Shown here one piece after another: positions 13,170 through 25,619 of a stretch of DNA of 64,000 nt. This stretch comes from Dicyema japonicum. Taxonomy: Eukaryota > Animalia > Dicyemida. The stretch spans positions 135,800-199,799 of the forward strand of contig RDEW01000027.1 in assembly GCA_011109175.1 (NCBI GenBank), given 5' to 3'. Position 1 is the stretch's first letter; every line of letters starts with the position of its first letter. The translations under genes were made by a program, and so were the position numbers. Under the pieces are notes generated by a model. It saw only the letters and a program-made list of their open reading frames with translations. It did no database searches and had not been told where the DNA came from.

Positions 13170-13290
13170 GAAAACTATTCCGCTAAAGAATCAAGTGATG
13201 TCCGCAACGGTAGGACGTGGGACAAAAATGGAAGAAGGCGGACCTACTTCTCCGCCTCTCTTCGGAAGCGGCATGACGAATTTCTCTCCA
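13170..13290. repeat. Unclassified dispersed repeat (copies about 39950-40130 and, inverted, about 24800-25030)
   Basis: Shared attatgaaaact...gtgatgtcc...acggtaggacgtg...atggaaga.ggc.ga.ctactt...ctcttcggaagcgg. Confidence 0.7.
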
Positions 13291-14021
13291 TAAATATTTT
13301 CCCATTACTTTACAAGGCGGCAAGCGCCTTGTTGTGTTATATGGATATTTGATTAATTTTTTTTGTTCTATCTATAATAAAAGATATTATATATCCATTT
13401 TTTATCTTTAATGATGTGTTCGATTATTCGATATTCTGAACATTTTATGTAACCTCTGTCGAATGATCTCCGACAAATTAACATATCGAATAATCTCCTT
13501 TTTATTATGTGACATGCAAGGAAATGCAAGAGCCACCTATGTGCTAGCGAAAATTACTGTTGAGTAACCAAGAGTATGAATTATTAAAGATTTTAAATCT
13601 AAAAACTAAAATAAAAAATACCTTTTAAGATCTATGAGATCAATTTGAAATCGCTCATTTGGAAAGTCTGAAATTACATGATAGAGACTGTCTGATTGTT
13701 TTAGACAAGTTAAAAACCGATATTCAATGAATTGATTGACCACATTCCGTATTATTTTCCGTTTGGTAACAAGAAAAATCATTCACAACACAACTGCTCC
13801 AAAGTGTTTTGGCCACAATTTTGAGACCGATGAAGTTCTTCGACAAGCAATATCATATTGGTTTCATCATCTAGGAAAATGATAAATCTTAGGTTGTCGT
13901 ACCGATCTTTTATATATATATAGATCCGTCTAATATATCTAAATATTGTGCTTTCTGAGTCTTTTGAATCGATTTACGTCGTGGAGCTCTTTGCCTTCAA
14001 TTATATATCTCAATATACCTA

Positions 14022-14220
14022 GCCGGGTGGCATAGTGGTTAGGTGTCGGGCTTATATGGCTTAGGCTACGAGTTCGAATCTCGCTGCTGTTCACCTGGTG
14101 GAAGGTTCCACGCATCTACAATGCAGCAAGGGTTTGACGAGTGACGCCGTCATCAGTGGATACTCACTGCGGAACTGGATTGTCTAGGAAAGACACTCAC
14201 ACAAGAAAAGAAAAAAAAGA
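14022..14220 (+). mobile_element. tRNA-derived SINE-like element
   Basis: A box TGGCATAGTGG (14028-14038), B box GAGTTCGAATC (about 14070-14080), an unrelated body and an A-rich tail aagaaaagaaaaaaaaga; no complete cloverleaf. Confidence 0.65.
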
Positions 14221-14798
14221 AGTGAAGATCATTCCTTGGTAGTTAAAATTAACTGTTTTTTACTTAAAGTGTGTGTCCTGCCTATGCGGAGCTATAAATA
14301 CTATGGCTCTCGTGAAAAGGCTTTATTATTATTATACACCTTCTAGAATTGCTTTAATTTGGTAATAATTCAGATATAATTTCCCAGTAGGCAAATTGTC
14401 TCTATTTTTATAAGTGAATTTAGAGGCAAATGGCCTGTAGACAAGTTGTCCCTTAGCTGTTCGGGAGTTGTAAAAAGCTCGGATCATTTAATTAGTCGGC
14501 TCTCAAACCTTCTTTTTTGTGATTTTTTACTTAGTCTGAAATATCGATAATCAGATTATATATTTAAAACAGAGAAGATAAGGAGCAGAAAAAAATAGAA
14601 ACGTTTGATCAATTAGCCAGTGGAAAGAATCGAATCCAGGAGTGTTGTAGTATGATATCCTGACCACCAAACGACCAGGTTTAATGACAAAGGAATCTAG
14701 GAATATCGTAAATTATTGGAAAATCATTCTATCTTAATCTCCCGATCAATCAACCTGAAAATTCAATTGATATTTAAATATACATTGTTGCCTTGGAT

Positions 14799-16636
14799 AT
14801 GCGAAAAACAAGTGGAAGAAATAGAGTTTTATTAATAAAATAAATCTTTGATCACTTCTGCAGGTGAAATATCCTCGAATATCCTGCCAGTGAAAACTCT
14901 CAAATCATTCAAACTTAATTCAGTAGGTTTAAAAGTAAGAAATTAGTGGAATTACCGTTAAAGATTAAACGCGGTAAATCTGCTAATCTAGCAAAGGAAA
15001 GCAACGACGATTCAAAAGTATTCAAGAATTTTATATTTAGAGTTCATACATAGGCTTTGATAAGATAAATATTGATAGGTCAAATTTTTTATCATTTTTA
15101 TAGAGAAGGGCTAACCACGTGTCCTTGCTTAGAGTTTCTCCCAAATCTTCGTTATCTGAGTCTCCAATACAACAATATAAAATCTCTGGAAGGAATCGAA
15201 GCTTTTAAAAATCTTGTTCACTTGAATTGCTACAATAATGAACTTGTGGATATCGGGGGACTAAAAAGATTGTCAAACCTGGAAGTACTGATTTTGGGGA
15301 GAAACAAGTATTTTTAAATAAGCGATCAAGAATAACAAAAATCGAACATATGGACAAATTAGTTCGCTTGGACGTACTTGACTTACACGCAAATCAAGTT
15401 TAAATTTGTACATTAGAAAGATTAAAAAAATCGAAAATTTGTCAAATTTAAAATCCCTGAGAATATTGAACCTGGCTAATAATAAAGTTTCTTGTCTTGA
15501 GAATATTTCCTCCCTAATCTCTCTTAAGGATGTTAACATCCGCCGTAACCAAATAACTTCAATCGTAACACCTAGGTAATTTGAATTAGAATTGTATTGA
15601 AACTATAACAAGTGTAACAAAGCTATTCATAAGCCATAATAATATTCCAGAGTAATCGATTATGTAATCTGATGTAGTTTAGAGGAGGCCTCGAAATTGA
15701 AAGTTTTCACTAATTTACGTGAGCTGGCTGTGGAAAACAACCCTTTTACACAGACCAACGAATATAAATCTCACATTCTGTCTACTTTCCGCAATCTCAC
15801 CACGTTAAACAATAAAAAGGCATACATGGTTTAAAATATGGCATTAATAAAGAACGTTGAAAAAATGAAACAATCAATTCAGCTTCAAAAAAGTCCCTCT
15901 GAAAAATCGAAAGTCCAAAACACAACCGGAATACTTAAAGAATCGTATAACATCAAAGATGCCATAGTAGAAGAGGACAACACAGTCAAGGACGAGGGCC
16001 GTTTTGAAAAGAAGCGACTGTTTTTCAACGAGTTAGTGGAAATAACAGAAAAGTCGTCGAAAATAACAGAAATTACATTTTATGATGTTGGTTTTAAAGA
16101 AATATCAGAAAAAATTGAAAAGATGACTGTAAATTACCCAAATGTAAAGGTTTAATGTGATATCATTCAGTCTTTAAATTTTTACTTTACAAATCTACTT
16201 TATGCCTCAAATATAAGAAAGCTAACAGTCTTTAATTCCGTAGAAGAAATCATGATACATGATAGAGATTTTAATAAAAAACCTAAGTGGTGGAGACTGT
16301 ACTGTATATGGGGACTTGGAGAACTCACGAGATTAAAAGTTTTCAATGGAATTACCGTTATACTAACCTAATATTTAGATTGAAGACTGGGAGAAGGAGG
16401 AATCAAAACGATTATTTTCATTACTAAGTGATTACTGCCAAAATAGCACGATTTTAAGAGCAAACAACTTTGAGGACTTGTTACTTTCATCATCAGATTC
16501 TTTCAAAGTAAAATATTTTATATTTTTGAATAAATATGATTGGAATTTATCACAGAATATGGTACTAAAGAGTATAAATAAGGCTAAAAAGTTGAATTTT
16601 ATTTATGACAAAATTATTTACTTTTTGAACAAATAA
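14799..16636 (+). CDS. LRRC49: Leucine-rich repeat protein 49-like (start codon uncertain)
   Basis: After removing about 12 mini-introns: DKINIDREGLTTCP...LILGRNRITKIEHMDKLVRLDVLDLHANQIKKIENL...LAVENNPF, plus the C-terminal ITFYDVGFKEI...WWRLYCIWGL region, colinear with LRRC49. TAA at 16634-16636. Confidence 0.85.
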
Positions 16637-16671
16637 TATGTATTAAATTAAATTAAGTTTTCTTTGGTTAT

Positions 16672-17442
16672 TTAAAATAAGTTTCTGCGGAATGGTTTCT
16701 TAGCGTAAATGTAAGCAAAACTGAAATTACTGAAATCAAAAGATAAGACGATATTACTCATGATAGACGCAGATGTACTAGCTAGCTCGGCTCTCACCTA
16801 GGAGACCCTTCAACCGTTCTACCATTTAAAGAAATGAGTATCCTAATACCTGGATATTTAAAAAAACAATCACCTCGTTCAAGTATTTTCTGAGATAATT
16901 ATACCAAATCTGATATAGTTTCATAGTTTTTCGTCAACGCATTCTAAAAACGTATTTGGTAGTAAATACTCTAAGCCAGATTGCATTAATATTTAGCGAA
17001 TTCAGATAATCACCTTTCATTGTAATTCCTACGTTGGTTGTGTGAAGTGAATTATACCTTTCATGTCTCCAAGTCCGTCACCATTGGAATCAAAGAATAA
17101 TTCGATATCAGTAAATCAATGCGTTATGGATCCATCTGTAACCTTCTGGTACGGAACAAGTTGGATTAATAGTTATTAGCACAATAATTGAGGTCGACAT
17201 TGATATTGAAAAAGCGACAAAAGTCCAAAGAATGAATTTTCTATCTAAATGTCCTGATCACCATAATAAAGAATATTTCGTATTTTTGGAAGTTCTATCG
17301 TTGTCAAAACGTTTTCTCTTGTAAGTACAAAAGCAGATGATGTTTCCCTATGGTAGATACCTTCGTCCCCGTTTCTCGTATTTACAATCCCTTCAGCGTC
17401 GTTAAATATTGATGTTTGTACATTTTGATTCATTCTTTGCAT
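16672..17442 (-). pseudogene. SLC3A (rBAT/4F2hc)-like type II membrane protein; truncated, with frameshift and in-frame stop
   Basis: Cytosolic N-terminus, TM segment (FILWTFVAFSISMSTSIIVLITI), then PTC, FFDSNGDGLGDMKGI...LNINAIWL and TISDLV*LSQKILERGIRILISL. TAA at 16899-16901; 1-nt frame break near 17110. Confidence 0.7.
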
Positions 17443-17956
17443 TAATCTTCCTGATAACCTAAATAATCAAATCACCACGCATATTTGTCTTTAAATCATT
17501 GTCGTTCAAATTACTATACAAAATTAATTAAAAATCTAGTAAAAAAGAGGCAGCTCGGACTTTCGAGAATTTCAAAATAAGAAAATACGACAACCTCTCC
17601 ACCAGATTCCATGTACAGCCCGTTGTTGTAAAGACGAGCGGAATCTTAGGGCCCAATACGGTTTTTTTCTAAGATCGTTTCAGGTCGATGATTACGAGAG
17701 TGAGTAGAGTCGGGAATCCGAATGGCTGTTCCAAAGGATTTCTCTGGCAGTTGTCAGAGAAAACAGCATCTCATCAGCTGGATTAATTTGATTGTCTTGT
17801 TATGTAATAAATTGTTTTTGATTAAAAAATTTAGAAAGAACCATAAAACTTGTCAACCGCAGTGTCATGGTTTGTTCCATACAGCTCGTGAATTACTAGG
17901 TCATTAAATGTGATCGGTTGACAACGACTCCAGGTTGAGAACGATCCGCAAAATCG

Positions 17957-18020
17957 ATTTAACCGTCTCAACCGGTAACCGTATAACCGAAGTAACGGTT
18001 ACCGGTTGAGACGGTTAAAT
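17957..18020. repeat. Perfect 26-bp inverted repeat with 12-nt loop (hairpin or collapsed MITE)
   Basis: atttaaccgtctcaaccggtaaccgt (17957-17982) is the exact reverse complement of 17995-18020. Confidence 0.9.
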
Positions 18021-18059
18021 ACAATTATTAAGCAATAATTGAAAATTTATAATAACTTT

Positions 18060-21000
18060 TAACTTTAACAACTTTAATAGCAAGGAAAATTAAAGAGGGA
18101 GTTAGTTGGCCTCATGCCGCAAGTCCTGCAAAACGCTTGGACTCTTCTCTGCGCTCTCAGACCCCTCTTATCGTTTTTTTCTGTGCTGCAACATACGAGT
18201 CAATGATGGCATCTCTTTTTAGGAAGTTTTCCATCCTTTTTTCTGCTGCATCTCTTATCGACATTACTAGCAAATTTTCATCTTCATCTAGCTTCTCGTC
18301 GAGCCTTTTGTGTAGGGCAATCTTGATCCCTGCTCTCCTCGATTTTTCAAGAAGCAAGATAAAACGCTCTTTGTATGCAGTGTAATACCTCCTTCCAGTC
18401 CATAAAGGAGTGATGGAATGATCATACGTAAAAAAATAAATTAAAACATATCTGTTTCGAGTCTCAATTTCATCATGTACAAGATCGCATGGTGGGCTTT
18501 CTTCCTTTTGAGTTTAAAATCGCACAATGTGCTCCCAGATTTCTCAAAAGCTGTTCCGAGATACTTCAGGACGCTCACAACGTTGATTCCAAATACGGAG
18601 TCTTTCTGATTTTCTTTACCATTCCGACCGAAGAACCTCATTGCACTAGATTTTTCTTCTGACAGTTTTAACTCATGAAGACCGCACCAATCTTTTATCT
18701 CTTCCATGTACACATTGAGTCTCCTCTCTGAGATCATGCTCGATCTCGACACATCAGACAGTAGCACGTCGTCTTCATATATCAGAGATTTCGTACTTGG
18801 TGTAGACGGAGACAGGAAACAGGCCATTAGAACATTAAACAATAGAGGGCTTAATTGATCCTTGCGAGACTCCTCTCATCAATAATATCATATTCTAAAA
18901 ATAGCGTCAGCATCTAACATAGGATTTTCTTCCTTCTAGGTACACTTACCCAATTCATCAGTTCTTTTGGGCTTCCCGTCCGAGATAACTGACCGATTAT
19001 GGCTCTGTGGTTAACACTGTCAAATGCTTTTGATATGTCGAGACATATGACATTCAAGAGACATTTGGATTCTCTGGCTTTGCATAACTCGGAGTTGAGA
19101 TGAAATAGGCAATCACCGCATGACCGTCCTGGGCGAAAACCAAATTGATCATTTCTGAAGTAGTCTTCTTTTTCCAGCTGATTTGTAAGCCTCCAGAAGA
19201 CAATTTTTTCCATAATTTTTGAAATTGACCGAATCAGGCTGATCGGGCAGTAGTTAGCAGGATCATTCTTCGGTCTTCCTGTCTTCGCTACCATCCGTAC
19301 AATAGTCTTCTTCCATTCGTGTGGAACATGACCAATTTTGATGCATGCGTTACACATATCTTTGAGAACTTCGAATAAAATTTCCGGGCCTTCTTTGAAC
19401 ATCCTAGCTTTGATGAAATCACTGCCCGGAGCTTTATTCTTGACAGCTCTTATTGCTATCTTCAGCTTTTCTAGAGAGATCTCTATAAATGCTGTTTTCT
19501 CTGACAATGGTTCGTAGCAAGTCTTCTCCGCAATGACATTATCGTCCACATCAAATATCTTTTTAAGCTGTGTCCAAAAACTAGAGGTATTTCTTCTTCA
19601 GCATAGTAGGTGCCATCCGGTTTCTTGAGCAAATCTTGTTTACGATTGACTCTAGGTTCCTCACTCTTCGGTATACCTTCCAGAAAGAGGGATTGTGTTT
19701 GTTTAGCTTCCATAGTTGAGAGTTCCACTTATTCTCATTCCAACTTTTGAATTGTTCCGACAACTGCTTTTGTAGTTCGCCAATTTTGTGAGACAAGGCT
19801 AAGCGATCCTGGGGGTCTACGCATCTCGTCAGTTTAATTCTTAGATTATTTTATTTCAACACAATTTTCTTGATGTGCCATGGAATATGGACAACATTAT
19901 CGTTTCTTGAGTATATTTTTCTAGCAAAGTTATCCGATAGTATAATATCAGATCCGCTACTCGTTTACTTGTTTTATCAGTTTCCAGACGAGTCTTGGGC
20001 TCGGTATGCCCTAACATCAATTCCTTTGCAATTAACATCCTATAGTGATTCCAGTTTAGATTCTTGGTATCGTAACCAACAAAGACTCCAGGTTCATTAA
20101 TCATTTTCATATCCACGGATATTAGCAATGGAATATGGTCACGTCGGCGTATTCTGAATCAGCAGGGGAAATCAAGAAGACACCAAGCTTGTCACCCCCG
20201 TAGGGAGAGAAATGGTTATCCTCTTTCGATGTAAGGAATTTTACTCCTAGGCCTTTAGATAGCTTCATCAGGAGCTTGCCATCCCTGTTACTCTTCTTGC
20301 AGCCAAAGGATGTGCTCTTGGAGTTGAGATCACCTCCCAGTATGGCCATCGGGTTTTTACTGAAAAACTGGGAGATATCTCCGGTACATTCCCTCAAGGA
20401 TTTTGAATACATACCACCAATTGCGAGCCATCCGTCGACACAACAAACATAAATGGCGACAAACTCACTACAAATCAATATAACAATTCTCAGATTCCTT
20501 GTCTTTAAGTGACATTGATAAAAAAATTGATGTTCCTGTATCTGGTATAGCCCCTTCTTTCCAGTATAAAAATATTGATTCAAACCCGGGAGTACTGTTT
20601 TCTCATTTGACTTTATCTTCGTTTCGTTGACAATTATTATATCAGCTTCCTCAGTATTCGCCAGGGAAGCTAGCTCGTAATGCCTCCTCAGAATTGATCG
20701 GCATTCACGAGCATGATCCTTATGTTTTGGATCATTGGTCTTGGCGGACTGATCTCTTCAGGACCAGAGCCATCACTTGCAGTAAATCAAGTTTACCTTA
20801 TCAAACTCTTCGTTTAGACGGTTAATCACATATGTAAGTTTTCTCGATTTTCTTTCAGATGCCCTGGGATAGATTCCCAGCAGGACCTTTTTAGCTTTTC
20901 CTCAAGGTATTCTTTATCCACAATTGGCTTTTTCTGTGTTAGATTTATAATATCGTATTTTAGGAGTTGAATTTTGATTATTGCGTCGGAGGATTTTCTC

Positions 21001-21075
21001 CTCTCCTCCATGTTCCTAACCCATGACTTTCGGTTCCTCTTCCTGTGGAGGCCACGGAATTCATAATATTTCACT
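18060..21075 (-). mobile_element. Decayed Jockey/I-like LINE (end of ORF1, APE endonuclease, RT)
   Basis: ILGGDLNSKS, NKAPGSDFI, QFGFRPGRSC, LDISKAFDSVNH and LIYEDDVLL, with many stops and frameshifts. Confidence 0.9.
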
Positions 21076-21230
21076 TAGCTAATTGAAATAGTGTTGCGGT
21101 TTTACGTCACCACGGCGTATTAACGGCAATATTGATTAAAACGGATAAGAGATCAATTAATGTAACGTTTATTTTATTGTAACTGTAATCGTATCCTAAA
21201 ATCCTCGGAGTAATGTTAATCGAATAGTAC

Positions 21231-22290
21231 TTGGTCACTTCAACGCTCCTGTACAAGAAATTCATCGGGACGACACTGAATTATGCCTCCCTAAGCTGGG
21301 ATCCATTCAAATCACTCTCCATCCTACAAAAACTGCAACTGGTCAAAATTTCGGCATTGATAACTGTAACTGGTTGTTTAAAATTATCTCCCGTTTGGAA
21401 CTTATTTTGGGAGTCGAAAATCTTGTCTTAGGGTGACCACGTTGAAATGAGGAGCTTACAACATCTCAGAAAATTGCGAGACCCAAACCGACCAACCTTA
21501 ACATTACTCCACTAACCAAAGACACATACAGAGAACATTCACTGATCTCCAAAGAACACTCAGAAAAACCTCACCTCAGGTGAACGACGACACCAGGACG
21601 AAAAGATGCTTGTGAAATGCGTCTACGAGTGCCATACGAATTCTCTAAGAAAACAAGATACAAGAGCGCATACCTGTTAAATTATAAATATCCAGGCGAT
21701 TCCCTTCTTGGGAACATGGAAGAAACCATTAGAAGAAAATATACAGTAACTATGAATAAGTTTATCATCGAATGATAGGAAGACGTTATGTTTGCCTTTC
21801 CCTTCATTTCAAACTGCATGAAGCCTTTGTGAAACTGATCTTCACCTATAATTCGGACAGATGGAAAATTCCAAATCTCGAAGAGCAGGCGCTCAACTCA
21901 TTTTACAAAAGATAACTTCGGACCTCACAGAGTTAAACCACCAATGCAAAAAAATGAAACCTTATATGAAAGAAGTTTTACGGGACCCATGAACATGTTA
22001 GTCATAAATGCATAATGGAATATGTTTGCTTACATTCTAAATATGGACACAAGTAAGCCAGCAAAGTCATATTAGGTCTACCTCGCATCATTTGGGTAAA
22101 AATTTCCGTGTACTTCCACGCATGACGCTTCTAGAAATTCTAAATTGATCTGTGGCTGGTAAAGAAAACATTGGGGAATGCTAAGACCTTGTTTTTTCTA
22201 GGAGTCTAGCATCAAACAGAGGAGGATGGAAATGATTGGTTACCAAGATCATCCGAGCACATGTAGAATTGTAGATTCTATGTAATGTTT
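21231..22290 (+). mobile_element. Adjacent decayed LINE 3' fragments (I-like, then RTE-like)
   Basis: LYKKFIGTTLNYASLSW...ITVTGC, followed by an RTE-type (F)AYILNMDTSKPA...NRGGWK segment. Confidence 0.6.
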
Positions 22291-25200
22291 CTAGTAATAA
22301 TTAATAAGAGGCGATTAAGGTGCCATACTAGTAACATTGGTCTTGGGTTTGAATCCTCCAGGTGGTTACTTGATTATCTTACCTTGTTCGATCAATATAT
22401 CACAAATCGATAATATGTTCTGCAATTCGAAGTTAAAAATGATCGACTGTTTTGTTCTCTATCCAATAAATATTCGACTTATAAAAAAATTTAGAAAATA
22501 TCTTTCAGACTTATCATATGCTCTCCAGATGTTGTTACCGCCTGGATAATTTTTAGACGGAATTGTTGGCTTGCTGCAGTAAATTACGACGCCCTATGTG
22601 ATATAATGAGTTCTTTTGAATGTGAGGGAATTCTACAAACGCAATCAATTCAATTGATTGTAACGAGCTGTGTTGAAAGGTTGTAAAAAGTTAAAGTTTT
22701 AATGGGAAAAAACAGAAATTTCAAAGACACTAATGTGAAAAACTATATGATTATGAGATGTAACAAATAGTTGAATTTTTTTTGTTTCGATAAGAGCCTT
22801 GCGGAGAACTCTGGTTGAGACTCGAAATGGCGGTGATTCCTTCGCAATCCTGTTCTCTTAACTAAAAATCTTTATTTGTTTTGTTTCTAAATTAAAAAAT
22901 TTTAGGTGCTATATTTTGTTGTTATAAATCCTATTTTTTAAGTGCTATAAAAAATTACCCTAATTATAATAACTCTCCCCGGGCAGCAGAAAGCTTTGGT
23001 ACGCCCCTGTATACCAGGGAAGCTAATTCGTGATGCCCCTCATGTTTGATCGGACATTCACGAGCATGATTTTTATGTTTCGGATTACATGTCTTGGTGA
23101 CCTTACCTCTTCAGGACTACTTCAGTAATTCTAAATTCACTCTACCACACTCTTTATTTTAGCGGTTACTCACATAAGTTAATTCTCTTGATGTTCTTTC
23201 AGAGTCTCCTCCACGTGACCGATCGATGACAGTCATTTTTTCTTCTTATAGGGAAAATCAGAATTATGTCTAATTGAAAAAACAATATTTATGGAAAAGA
23301 TTCAATTTTTTAAATTCGTTCCTTATTTTCATTGAAGTTCCAATTCCTTCCTGATTATATATAAAAAACTTTTTTTTATTTTTTATTAATTAAAATTAGT
23401 TTAATTATTTTTTATTAAAACTTTAACCGGGATATTATGGTGTCTCTTTGTGTTACGGATATTCTGAACGGATGAAACTTTCTAATAAACTATTAAATGT
23501 AGAACTTTTTGCTTATTTAATAGATTCCCGAAGAAGTCGTATCTATCTACAAAGATTTGCCTGCTAAATCTGAGAAACGTAAGCTAACTGAGAAATTTTT
23601 CTCTAAAAATAAACGCAAGTTCATTCCCTGGAGTTTTATTGACTGCGAGTCCCTTAAAAGTAATTTTTAATCGAATTAGTAGATAAACCGTTTGATCAGC
23701 TCAGCCAGCGAGAAAAAGAGTACTTGGCTGGGCTCTACAAAACATCTCTGACCTCATTTTACTCTCCCGTTTCTGAATTGAGTAAGTTTAGGTTTTATTT
23801 CCAAAGAACTCGACGGGGATGCCTTCGTCTTAGAGTTCAGTAAATCCAATGGCGATAGATCTTATGTGGTCGGAACGATGACTTCATTTGGCAGATCCTC
23901 TAAGTCTGAGATCTGCCCAGTGTCCACTGACTGCAAGTGCATATCAAATTTTCATGCCAGCATAGTAAACACGGTAAATGACGGTTGTCAGTTTCCAGGG
24001 GAATGGAAAATACCAGCTTATCAACTACAGCTCGTTCGGGACTATGGTAGACGGAGTTGTTCTGTCTAACCATATTCCGTCCAAACCAGTCGTCTCCTCC
24101 TCTCTGCGGAAGTACGAAGATCGATACATCTTTAGCTGTGACCAATCTGTACCGGTTTTCTTTATTTAGACCGAATGTAACTGTCGCGATTCCTTTGCCA
24201 AATCAAATTCTACGACTGAGTTTGAGGCCCCCGCTGAACTCTTACACGGGTCTTTCATTAAGGTTTGGTGTGTAAGCATTTTCAGATTGGTTGCTCGACA
24301 TTTATTTTCGTTATTCCGAGCCAGAGTAGTCTTAAATAATTTTTAACGTTAAATATGAATGTTGATTCTATTTAATTTTGATTTATTAGTTTTTTAGCTT
24401 TAGTTGTTGTGGTATATTGAGCTAAATTTGTTCTTAGCCATTCACTTTTTTATCCCCGGTCCCTAAAATGAAGGAAACCGGTGACTAACAAGAACGTAAA
24501 CGCTAAAGAAAGACCCTCCCACAGATCCGATGTGAAGGGGAAATTGAAGACGGTCAGAACATGAGTAGAAGTTTTTTTTAATAACCACGGCTATTATCTG
24601 AAAGGTTTTATTTAGTTCCTCCGGTCGGAATGGGACATCATTTTTTAAGCATCCCGTCTATTCAAATCTCCGTTGTGTGCATTCCTCCCCTGGAGAACCG
24701 AAGATAGGGATTTTTTGGATGCTTAAGAAAGAGTCTCATGGTCGTCGAGAAAATATCAGAAGACCGACGAATTTGAATGCCTAATTTTTTTACAGTCGAA
24801 TTCGGCCATTCGTTTAGTGACTTTTTTCTAGGGTAACTGCATTTTCAATATACTCGCAAGTCGGTTGTTCATCAACCCCAAGTTTACAATCTTTGGCAAG
24901 TCCAGCATAAACAGTCACAACTAAATAATCTAAGAAAGATACTACAGAGCGTCTGTTTTTGTCAACACAGGCTTCTGCTCCGGAAGAAAGGTGGAAAAGT
25001 AGGTCCGCCATCTTCCATTTTCATGCACTTCCTATTGTTTGTCTCTTAATTTAATTTTATTAACCCCGGAATTCACAAAACATGACAAGAGTTATCGTCT
25101 AAGATCAGTGATCCTGGTGTCCATACCAGGGTTTCTCCTGGATTAATCCCCACAAAGGGGAAAGATTCTTCTCGTATCTCGGGCAGGTGTCCAGATATAG

Positions 25201-25619
25201 CTTATGTCTGGTGCGACGGGATGGACAGGAGACCTTGCTATCTTGAGGAAGCCTCGGTGAAGTTCCGTAAGGTATTCTATGATTGGTGGGACGTTTAGTG
25301 TTCTCAATTTCACGTATATCTAAAACACATCCTGGAGAAATCGTACTTATTACTACTATGCGGATTATATGGACACATATTACGGATAAATCATGCCGTT
25401 CCTACATACAATATTATGGAATCACACATCTTCTGCTCAGGGGCTTCAAGAAGGAAGCCACTAACAACTTTGCCTTCAATAATGAAAATCGATTTAAAAC
25501 ATGTTAAAATGGCATTAGAAGACGCAGATGATCTAGACAACCTCCGAAAATCGCAATCTCGAGAAGTGCGTAGAGAAGTCTAACAGACCGGATCATCCTG
25601 GGGTGGCACCTTGGACGGA

